Under the pieces are notes generated by a model. That model ran no database searches and had not been told where the DNA came from. It saw only the letters and a list, made by a program, of their open reading frames with translations. Made by a program: the position numbers and the translations under genes. Shown here one piece after another: positions 1 to 7,603 of a DNA stretch of 52,947 nt. Origin of the DNA: a virus (taxonomy: Duplodnaviria > Caudoviricetes); the IMG/VR virus record IMGVR_UViG_3300025759_000132, positions 1 to 52,947 of that record. One strand, 5' to 3'. Numbering within the stretch: position 1 is the first letter of the stretch; every line of letters begins with the position of its first letter.

Positions 1-3000
1 TGCCTTGATACTCAGCTTCTTGTATTTCTGATTCTAAAAGATTTTCTTCAGAACACCAACAACCCCAATCGTCTTCTTCACAAGTTTGACCTGGAGTATC
101 GTCTTGATATTTCTTCTTCAGTTTAGTAGTACCTTCTTCACCAGCACCACCAGCTTCAGTGACTGATGGATGATAAGCAAATGAACCTTGTACTTGATTC
201 TGAGCAAACTCAGTAGCAAACATTGTGTCAGAAATACCTGCAGTAAATCCCTCGGTTAGTGATTCGGAAACTGTGTTAGCAGTTGGGCATTGACCACAAC
301 AATCCGGTGTACCACAGTTTTCATGTTCATCTTCTAAAAAAATTTCAAATGATTCGTTGATTCCTCTTTTTTTCTTCTCCTGTTCAATCCATTTCTTTGC
401 TTTTGGATTTATGATTGATTTTTTTGCAAACTTGCTCATCATTTTAAAAGCAGATTGAATTTCGATTTTAAAATTAGAATCAATGGAGTTATCAACAATC
501 TGGAAGTTTTGACCGAAGAATCGTTGGAACTTACCCATATTCTTTTGTACGTCTTTCCACATCTTTTCTACTGTATCATCAGGCAATGTTCTTTCTCTTT
601 GACGATTTCTTTCAAGAGCAGTTTCCATGTTTGTGTTGACAAAAATCATTCCAACATCATAACCAATGTCTTTAAGAATTTGCGCTTGCTTTTGAATCTT
701 ATCGTAGTCACGCCCTGTGCCGTCAACAACAACACCAAGTCTGCCCTTGAGAACAGTTTCTTGTCTCTTTGCAGTAAGTGTCTTTGCACCGCCACGAATT
801 TCTTGACCTTGTACAGAGAATATATCTTCTGGTGTTGTAGAAAGACCAGCCTTCTTCAATGCTCTTTCAAATGCGTCATCAGAGTTAATAACGACAAATC
901 CCATCGAAGCAAGACCTGTTTTTTTCACTACGAATGATTTACCAGAACCTGGTCCACCAGCAAGAAACACTGCTTTGAAAATAGCAGGGTCATTAACACC
1001 CTCTTCTAAAACTTCTTCATATTGAATTATTTTATCCGGAGATTTGAAATCTTTCTTACGCATAATTGTTTTATTAACAACTTCAAACTTACCGTTTTTG
1101 TAATTAATAACGACGGGTAGATTAAGATTGGTAGTCAAGTCTTTCAATACTACTTCTGTATCAGCATTTTGTTTGATGCTTTTACCCTTCTTGCGTTCAA
1201 TCTTCTTAAAAAACTTCTGAAGTTCAGCGACTTTTATTTCAGGATTGTTTCGTGGGTCATTGAGTCTATCTACAAAATGTTTTGTAAACTCAATATCGAT
1301 ATCATACTTTTGTAGGATACGGTCAGCAAATTTTTCTAATTGATCAATCTGTGTCTGATTGACCTTTTCTACTAAAAAACTTTCAAACGTCTTGTCAATC
1401 GATTCTTTTCTCATTGACTGTCTGTTCTTTGTTTGTGTATCGCGAGTACGAGCCATATCTAACATACGATCATGCTTTGCTTTATCGGCTTCTTTCTCTC
1501 TTGCGATACGAGCCTTTGCTGCTTTTTCAGCTTGTTGTTCTTTAACCTCTGGTTTCTTCTTTTCATTATCTTTGAAGATTGGTTTCTTACCAACCGCAGC
1601 ACGAGTCTTATCAAAATCTTTTAGTCTCTGTAATGGAGACTTTGCTTCGTTTGTTTCAACTTCTTCTTTTGGCACACAGTTAGGAACCGTCTTGCCGTTT
1701 TTCTTTTTGGTACCGACAGCAGTATATCCTGCCCAACAAGCATCTTTGAGTTTACCTGTTGGTTCTTTTACCTTTTCTGCTAGATCAGAATCAAGTTCCC
1801 ATGCCTTACCACCATTGATAAATGAGTTGACACGATTGAATCCAAGATCAGGATTATCCTCTCTTTCAAACACTTCAAGAATAACATCAAGAGGAATACC
1901 TGTCATATCAGATTTCTTTTTGAGACTCGTAAATGCCTTGAAAGACTCGTTGGTTTCTTTCTCATCAGCCTGCGACATGCGACGAAGTTTATCCCGCATC
2001 TTAGCAAACATAGATGGATCATCTTGTGTCGCATCAAGAAGACGATTCAATAGTTTAAGAATAAATGGTCGTAGTTTTGGATTCTGAAGTGACTTAGACC
2101 CACCCTTCAATGCACGAATGACAAGCATACGTTCTACAGGATCACGGAATGCTTGACGCAACATTGTAACGAGTTTGCTATTTGTACCTTCGTCCTCCTC
2201 TTCTTCCCAAATCCTTTGAATCGGTGCTTGTGTAGACTCAGAAAGCATAGATTCAAACCGAGCATCAATCGATTCTTTTTGTGGACCACTCCTTGCTTTC
2301 TTCAATCTTTCCATCTCAGCTTTACGAATCTTTGGCAACAGTCTCTTACTAATCTTTCCAACCATTGCCATTTTCTTTTGAATGATACGATCAACCGACA
2401 TTTTAGCGCCAGGAGATAAAGAAGCGTAGTTCTGACCTTGCTTTCCAGCAAACCGTTTGCGTAGAAGTTTAATCGCTGCTTTTCTCGATCTCTTCTCAAG
2501 ACGTGGTTTATCAGCCATTCTTTTCTTACGAATCTCTCTTTGACGTTTCATCCGTGGAGCAAGTCTCTTCATACGCCGACCAATAGCCATACGTTGAGAG
2601 ATATTCAATGGTCCTCTTTCATCTAACTGATCGAATACTTCTTCAAACTCTTCATTGATATCGATATCTTCATCAAGAGATTCTAAGTCTGTCATTTGAA
2701 TAAATGCGTCGAGTTCCTGATCTGTAAACTCAAATTCTTCATCATCGATTTCAATTGATTCTGATACACCCATAACTTTTCGTATCCTATTGTAAATGAT
2801 TGTCTTATCTCTTTTACTTAGTGTCCCCGGCAATCCACCTTCAAATGCAGACTGTTCTCCAGCCTGTGCTGCTGCTCTCATCTTTGATGCAGACATACCA
2901 GAAACATCATCCGAATCCGGATCCCTGTCGCCCGCTGAGACGACATCGATTTTATCGAATGTAAATTCTTTACCGTTGTATTTGTTGAGGAGAGTCTTGA

Positions 3001-3307
3001 ACTCTTGAACACGATCTGAACCGACTACAAGCACAACTTCAGAGTGCTTCATAGTCTCAAGTTCTTTCATCACTTCAATGATTGTACGTGCTGTAGATTT
3101 AGTAACACTTGGTCCGAATGCTTTTCGAGCATAACGAATTTTTGTGTTATAATCGAGAGGATTCTTTTTGGCGTCTTGCGAATGCGAAAGATAGACATGT
3201 GGTGTTGCACCACGTTTCTTCGCTTCTGCTTTGACCTTGTCAACCAACTTTTGGTGACCGATTGTGAGGGGATTCAATCTTCCCCACGTAACGACTGCTT
3301 TTGTCAT
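1..3307 (-). CDS. Large multidomain protein (>1100 aa, 3' end outside window): N-terminal cytidyltransferase-like (HxGH) domain, basic helical domain, DUF5824-like segment, CWxGY..VPNCVP motif, FTKHFxDR domain, P-loop kinase (zeta toxin/AAA_33-like), Cys-rich motif
   Basis: Own translation from ATG at 3307: MTKAVVTWGRLNPLTIGHQKLV..VVGSDRV..GMSASKMR; later FLAGGPGSGKS..VINSDD..VVDGTG; frame stays open to position 2 (..EAEYQG). Absent from the ORF track because no stop lies in the window. Late promoter upstream. Confidence 0.88.
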   Translation of the reverse strand, partial: MTKAVVTWGRLNPLTIGHQKLVDKVKAEAKKRGATPHVYLSHSQDAKKNPLDYNTKIRYARKAFGPSVTKSTARTIIEVMKELETMKHSEVVLVVGSDRVQEFKTLLNKYNGKEFTFDKIDVVSAGDRDPDSDDVSGMSASKMRAAAQAGEQSAFEGGLPGTLSKRDKTIIYNRIRKVMGVSESIEIDDEEFEFTDQELDAFIQMTDLESLDEDIDINEEFEEVFDQLDERGPLNISQRMAIGRRMKRLAPRMKRQREIRKKRMADKPRLEKRSRKAAIKLLRKRFAGKQGQNYASLSPGAKMSVDRIIQKKMAMVGKISKRLLPKIRKAEMERLKKARSGPQKESIDARFESMLSESTQAPIQRIWEEEEDEGTNSKLVTMLRQAFRDPVERMLVIRALKGGSKSLQNPKLRPFILKLLNRLLDATQDDPSMFAKMRDKLRRMSQADEKETNESFKAFTSLKKKSDMTGIPLDVILEVFEREDNPDLGFNRVNSFINGGKAWELDSDLAEKVKEPTGKLKDACWAGYTAVGTKKKNGKTVPNCVPKEEVETNEAKSPLQRLKDFDKTRAAVGKKPIFKDNEKKKPEVKEQQAEKAAKARIAREKEADKAKHDRMLDMARTRDTQTKNRQSMRKESIDKTFESFLVEKVNQTQIDQLEKFADRILQKYDIDIEFTKHFVDRLNDPRNNPEIKVAELQKFFKKIERKKGKSIKQNADTEVVLKDLTTNLNLPVVINYKNGKFEVVNKTIMRKKDFKSPDKIIQYEEVLEEGVNDPAIFKAVFLAGGPGSGKSFVVKKTGLASMGFVVINSDDAFERALKKAGLSTTPEDIFSVQGQEIRGGAKTLTAKRQETVLKGRLGVVVDGTGRDYDKIQKQAQILKDIGYDVGMIFVNTNMETALERNRQRERTLPDDTVEKMWKDVQKNMGKFQRFFGQNFQIVDNSIDSNFKIEIQSAFKMMSKFAKKSIINPKAKKWIEQEKKKRGINESFEIFLEDEHENCGTPDCCGQCPTANTVSESLTEGFTAGISDTMFATEFAQNQVQGSFAYHPSVTEAGGAGEEGTTKLKKKYQDDTPGQTCEEDDWGCWCSEENLLESEIQEAEYQG

Positions 3308-3348
3308 ACCGTGTTTTCCTTGGACTTAACGGATTGAACTATTTTTAT

Positions 3349-3356
3349 TATTTATA
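3349..3356 (-). promoter_or_regulatory. T4-type late promoter TATAAATA
   Basis: Exact TATAAATA in the intergenic gap ~40 nt upstream of the ATG at 3307. Confidence 0.8.
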
Positions 3357-3363
3357 AAAAACT

Positions 3364-4593
3364 TTATTTTTGCCAACCTTTGATAATTTCTGGACTGAAG
3401 TTAGCGCGACTGAACTCAAGACGGTCAACCAACTTAACTGCACCACCTGCTAACTTATCTATTGCAACGAAACCTTCCTGGCGTGTAACCTGGAATCCCT
3501 TTGCTGTTCTTAGCAACGTATCGATCTCTTGTGTCTTATCAAACTGAGCGATTACCATACCCTTGAGTTCAACAAGAATCTTCATAAGACCAAACATTGC
3601 CTCTAACTGATCCTTATGCATAGCAACTTTATTGACCATATCATTACGCTTGGTAGTCCATTCGGCTTTGCCCTTTTCGGATTTTTTCTTATCGATTTCT
3701 TTTTGATACCAATCGTTGAGATACATCACAAGTTCTTTTGCCATCTTATCAGATGCAGGAAACTGCTTGCTTCCACGAACATAGGTATTGACAAACGTCA
3801 TTACTTTTTGGCGTAGGTCTGTGTCTCCAGTGATTGCACGGAATGCATCACCATCCATCTTTTGAAATAGTTTACCAGCACCTGATAACATCGTATCAAA
3901 CTGGTCTGACTCTTTCGGTGAGAATAGAGCCTTACCAGAGATATCACGATATGTAGCATCATCCATCCAGATTGTAGGAGACTTCTTAAACTTACCGACA
4001 ATACCCTTACCAAACGAAGCAGACATGTTCTGAATCGTTTTGCCTGTATATGTCGTATGCCAGACAACACCAATCTTCGCTTTTGCAATCTGTTTACCAA
4101 GAGCTGTATTGACAGGAATCGCATAAACGATTGTGTTGGGTTGGAACGTGTAATACTTCTGCCCCTGAATCGTCTCAACCTTCACGTCACCCTTCGTGAA
4201 CATCATATCGCCTTGATACACACCAGATTTGATACCGAGTTTAGAGAACTCAGCAAGAGCGATTGTAAACTTCTTAGCAAGTTCACCAGATAGTTCTGCT
4301 TTGATATCAGCATTCGTCTTATACATCTTAGGCGTCTTGGCAAACAAACCTTTCTTTGCAACAAAGAACTTACCGTCTGCAGGATCAACACCAGCGAAGA
4401 TAGCAGGAGCACCATCCCACTTGACTGTAATATCAACAGCAGAAGTGGCATTGCCCTTGAGCATGTCACGAAGGTCACGCAGAAAGTTAATCGCTTGACG
4501 TGTACCATCGACACCACCAAGGAACATTAATTCTTCCACATGCTGCATGTGGGTGTTCTTTTCTTCGACGATGAATGATTTGAGAGTTATCAT
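3364..4593 (-). CDS. DUF6267-like conserved T4-like phage protein with ATP-dependent ligase/nucleotidyltransferase motifs
   Basis: 409 aa; KNTHMQHVEE N-terminus, TVKWDGAP (KxDG), YQGDMMF, QEGFVA, VKLVDRLEFS. Confidence 0.7.
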   Translation of the reverse strand: MITLKSFIVEEKNTHMQHVEELMFLGGVDGTRQAINFLRDLRDMLKGNATSAVDITVKWDGAPAIFAGVDPADGKFFVAKKGLFAKTPKMYKTNADIKAELSGELAKKFTIALAEFSKLGIKSGVYQGDMMFTKGDVKVETIQGQKYYTFQPNTIVYAIPVNTALGKQIAKAKIGVVWHTTYTGKTIQNMSASFGKGIVGKFKKSPTIWMDDATYRDISGKALFSPKESDQFDTMLSGAGKLFQKMDGDAFRAITGDTDLRQKVMTFVNTYVRGSKQFPASDKMAKELVMYLNDWYQKEIDKKKSEKGKAEWTTKRNDMVNKVAMHKDQLEAMFGLMKILVELKGMVIAQFDKTQEIDTLLRTAKGFQVTRQEGFVAIDKLAGGAVKLVDRLEFSRANFSPEIIKGWQK

Positions 4594-5648
4594 TATTTAA
4601 ATTTTTCTGCTAATAATGTTGTTGCCATTTTACCTTTTTCTACATAATTTCTTACTGTAAGACCTATTTTTTGCCCTTTACTGTTGACTCGATTCCCCTC
4701 TAACTTTACTCTTAATTCTAATAAAGCATTTTTTTTATTTGACGTAGTTTCTATTATTTGTATTTTTGGTATTTTTGCACCAGAAATAACATTCGTAGAA
4801 CCTTCAGTATATACTGTTCCTAATTTCACCCCAGTTAATTTATTCTTTATATTTTCAAACTTATATATAGTGCTTTCGCTTTTGTTAAGTTGTACTAATG
4901 CAACATCTGGTTCATTTCTTGTAGCATGATACTTCATAAAATTAGCAATATTTTTTTTTAAAGTTTCTTGCGGCAAAGACGATATTTGTTTGTTTGCTTC
5001 TTTATAAGCAACAATTAATGCGCCAGCTACGTTTTTTTCTTCGCTTAATAACTTATTATATTTTGTCTCAATATTATTTGAAAATTTTACACCTAATGGT
5101 TCAAAAAGAGATTTCATAGAAGCAAAAGAACTTCCACCCACTTGGCCAAATTGTTTCACGTCCTGAGCTTTTAAACTAATTCCAACACCTGCTTGTTTCC
5201 CATCAATTATAAGATACAAATCAACTTTTGTTCCAGTTTGGTCTAAAAGACCTTCTGATTTAATTTCTATAACATTTTTTTGATTGTTGTTGTACATCAT
5301 ATCTGCCCATTCCATAACATTTACGCTATTTGAATATGCAATAGATGCATTAACTAGTTCTACAACATCTCTTTGAGAGTAAATTGAAGTATCTAAGAAT
5401 GCTCGGATATTAACTTCTGCTAAATTTACTTTACATATAACCGTATCTAATATTTTTGGATTTGCGTTTGGCGAATCAAACTCAGTTAAAGAAGTTAACC
5501 CACTGGTTTCTTTGACCGGCGGTTTTAATTTTTTAACAACATTAATTACATCATTAAACTGTATTCTTTTTGTTTTTGATAAAAATCTAGCAGTCATTGC
5601 CGCTGCTAAAATGCCTTCAGAAACATCGCCTCTATTAAATTTGGCCAT
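4593..5648 (-). CDS. Putative PD-(D/E)xK-fold endonuclease (possible free-standing homing endonuclease)
   Basis: 351 aa; TKVDL..GISLK motif; visibly more AT-rich than flanks; own late promoter. Confidence 0.5.
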   Translation of the reverse strand: MAKFNRGDVSEGILAAAMTARFLSKTKRIQFNDVINVVKKLKPPVKETSGLTSLTEFDSPNANPKILDTVICKVNLAEVNIRAFLDTSIYSQRDVVELVNASIAYSNSVNVMEWADMMYNNNQKNVIEIKSEGLLDQTGTKVDLYLIIDGKQAGVGISLKAQDVKQFGQVGGSSFASMKSLFEPLGVKFSNNIETKYNKLLSEEKNVAGALIVAYKEANKQISSLPQETLKKNIANFMKYHATRNEPDVALVQLNKSESTIYKFENIKNKLTGVKLGTVYTEGSTNVISGAKIPKIQIIETTSNKKNALLELRVKLEGNRVNSKGQKIGLTVRNYVEKGKMATTLLAEKFK

Positions 5649-5668
5649 TAGAATTCCCCATCTCCGCT

Positions 5669-6088
5669 TTACATATATTTATAATCTCCATCGTCTGTTG
5701 TGTAAACCACTTTTTCAATACCGAATGTAGCGATAGCACGAGCACAACCAGGGCATGGTTTAGAAAGACCATATATCCATTTTTTCGTCTCCACATGCAT
5801 TTTTGCACGAGCGATATACAACGTAGAACGAGCTATGTCATCTTGACTGACTCGCTTCAGTGCGTTCTTAATAGCATCGGTCTCGGCATGAAGGTATATC
5901 GCATCCTCGTTCTTAGCAAACTCTGCTTGAAACGGATGCGACTTCATCTGACTGAAACCAAATCCAATAATATTATTTTTTAAAACAAGACAAGCCGCAA
6001 GTCTCGAAGACTTGATCGGCTCTATGTCTTGAGCTAAACGAAACAGATTATTAATGATACGACGGTCGCGGTGATACGTCAAAGCCAT
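5669..6088 (-). CDS. Zinc-dependent cytidine/deoxycytidylate deaminase-family protein
   Basis: HAE and PCPGC zinc-binding motifs. Confidence 0.8.
   Translation of the reverse strand: MALTYHRDRRIINNLFRLAQDIEPIKSSRLAACLVLKNNIIGFGFSQMKSHPFQAEFAKNEDAIYLHAETDAIKNALKRVSQDDIARSTLYIARAKMHVETKKWIYGLSKPCPGCARAIATFGIEKVVYTTDDGDYKYM
5676..5683 (-). promoter_or_regulatory. Late promoter TATAAATA
   Basis: Exact motif in the last codons of the deaminase gene, upstream of the ORF starting at 5648. Confidence 0.7.
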
Positions 6089-6212
6089 TTATACCCTCAA
6101 AATACCATGCCCAAAAATTCTCTATGATCTCTTGCTCAGTCTTAGGAGCAAAGGTATTGTCACCCCACCACAGTAAGGCACGTTCACGGATTGCTTCTTC
6201 AAACTCGGTCAT
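6051..6212 (-). CDS. Small hypothetical protein (53 aa)
   Basis: Own translation MTEFEEAIRERALLWWGDN..; fills the gap between neighbours, GGAG upstream. Confidence 0.5.
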   Translation of the reverse strand: MTEFEEAIRERALLWWGDNTFAPKTEQEIIENFWAWYFEGINGFDVSPRPSYH

Positions 6213-6654
6213 TTTCAATAAACTCCTTTGCTAGTTTCCATGAGTCACGATAGGCTTCTACTTCCCAAGGTTTAGATTCATAGGGAAGACCATCATACGC
6301 ACGATACTTACCATCGCGGCATAACCACTTATGACGATATGGATCGAACTGATCGATTAGCTCTCGGCGAACGATCTGCTTACAGTGTATCATCTCATGA
6401 CAGATCGTGTCAATCAAATCGTCAGTTTTTTTGCTCCTGAGCATCTTACGGTTGAGTGAGATATAGATATCATGGTCGTCCTCACCCTCGTGGCAATTGC
6501 CCCAATCAGGCATTTTCTCAAACTCAACCCAGATGTTGATAGTACGATGGCGAGGAAGCATCTTCTTTAGACAGAACTCAATCACTCGTTCTGTCAGATC
6601 ACGATACTTCTTCGGTCCATTCTCAATATAGATTTCGTTCATCCTAACCTCCAA
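6199..6654 (-). CDS. HExxH zinc metallopeptidase-like protein
   Basis: HEMIH and PWEVEAY motifs; true start probably MNEI (6642) after GGAGG. Confidence 0.7.
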   Translation of the reverse strand: MEVRMNEIYIENGPKKYRDLTERVIEFCLKKMLPRHRTINIWVEFEKMPDWGNCHEGEDDHDIYISLNRKMLRSKKTDDLIDTICHEMIHCKQIVRRELIDQFDPYRHKWLCRDGKYRAYDGLPYESKPWEVEAYRDSWKLAKEFIENDRV

Positions 6655-6759
6655 TCTGTCCGATGTGTTTCAGTGCTTTCATTTAGAACATCAGCAATGC
6701 GAAGTAGCCAGCGGCGAACATGGAAAGCAAGGAAAAGAATTCTATTACACGAGTCATCA

Positions 6760-7011
6760 TTATTCGTCATCCCAATCATAGAGTCCAGAGTCTAAAAGAT
6801 GTTTAGTCATCTTCTTAGTTAGTAGAGAATAATCTACGCTATCGATACCCCAGTATCCAGCGTCTATATGACCACATCGCCATGATTCATTCATCATCGT
6901 GCCAGAACGATACGGCGATTTTGACCCGGTACCATGATCACACAACATATCATAGACACCTTTTGAATATGCAGTACGCAGTCTAACACTCATCGCGATT
7001 TCATCTCTCAT
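6760..7011 (-). CDS. Hypothetical protein (83 aa)
   Basis: Start trimmed to MRDEIA, directly after the stop of the upstream ORF. Confidence 0.55.
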   Translation of the reverse strand: MRDEIAMSVRLRTAYSKGVYDMLCDHGTGSKSPYRSGTMMNESWRCGHIDAGYWGIDSVDYSLLTKKMTKHLLDSGLYDWDDE

Positions 7012-7015
7012 TATC

Positions 7016-7294
7016 TTACGCTCCAATCGTTTCATAGTAACCAGGAGACGAAACCGCAGCACGATTTCCTTGAATGTACTCAACGGTGAGAGGAGCACCA
7101 GTGAAGAAGATACATGCTTCGTTGTGAACATCCAGTTCATCCAATTTGACGATAGCAGTAATCGGCATCTTCCAGTTCGAAGGATCGGCGATAGTATCAA
7201 AAGCATCGCTCAACTGCTTGCGGGTATAACCCTGAGTGGAAACCACCATGTCATCCATGTCCAGGATCTCCGCTACTGAAACTTCTTTAGTCAT
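7016..7294 (-). CDS. Hypothetical early protein
   Basis: MTKEVS start preceded by AAGGAG and an early promoter. Confidence 0.65.
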   Translation of the reverse strand: MTKEVSVAEILDMDDMVVSTQGYTRKQLSDAFDTIADPSNWKMPITAIVKLDELDVHNEACIFFTGAPLTVEYIQGNRAAVSSPGYYETIGA

Positions 7295-7324
7295 CTCAAT
7301 CTCCTTATCAATCATCATAAGTAT

Positions 7325-7353
7325 ATAATAACTTATTTTGATAAATAAGTCAA
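7325..7353 (-). promoter_or_regulatory. Sigma70-type early promoter
   Basis: TTGACT-17 nt-TATTAT with upstream A/T tracts. Confidence 0.75.
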
Positions 7354-7394
7354 CAAAAAAACAACATTTTTTTCAAAAAAAGTTTTGTTTGATA

Positions 7395-7592
7395 TCAATA
7401 ACTTACGTCAAAATTGATACCATACCCTTCTCGGTCGAGCATAAAAGAAGGAATTTCACCCTCAAATCCTGCGTTTTGGAGATTGTAAAGAATCTCCTCT
7501 GCTCGTAGACTGTTTCTCGTATAACCTACATACCGTTTTGTATTTCGGTCATAGATGCGGAACTGTTTACCTGCTTTGCGAATCTCGTACAT
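7395..7592 (-). CDS. Hypothetical protein (65 aa)
   Basis: GGAG SD, follows gp41. Confidence 0.6.
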   Translation of the reverse strand: MYEIRKAGKQFRIYDRNTKRYVGYTRNSLRAEEILYNLQNAGFEGEIPSFMLDREGYGINFDVSY

Positions 7593-7603
7593 TATATCGT
7601 CTC

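Noticed and set aside
455-3337. Plus-strand ORFs 455-937, 1359-2087, 2153-2419, 2796-3008, 3044-3337 and minus 2302-2499
   Set aside because: Antisense or out-of-frame shadows of the long minus-strand ORF 1-3307; no motifs or RBS
7012-7206. N-terminal extension of ORF 6760-7206
   Set aside because: Overlaps the upstream gene out of frame; the ATG at 7011 fits better
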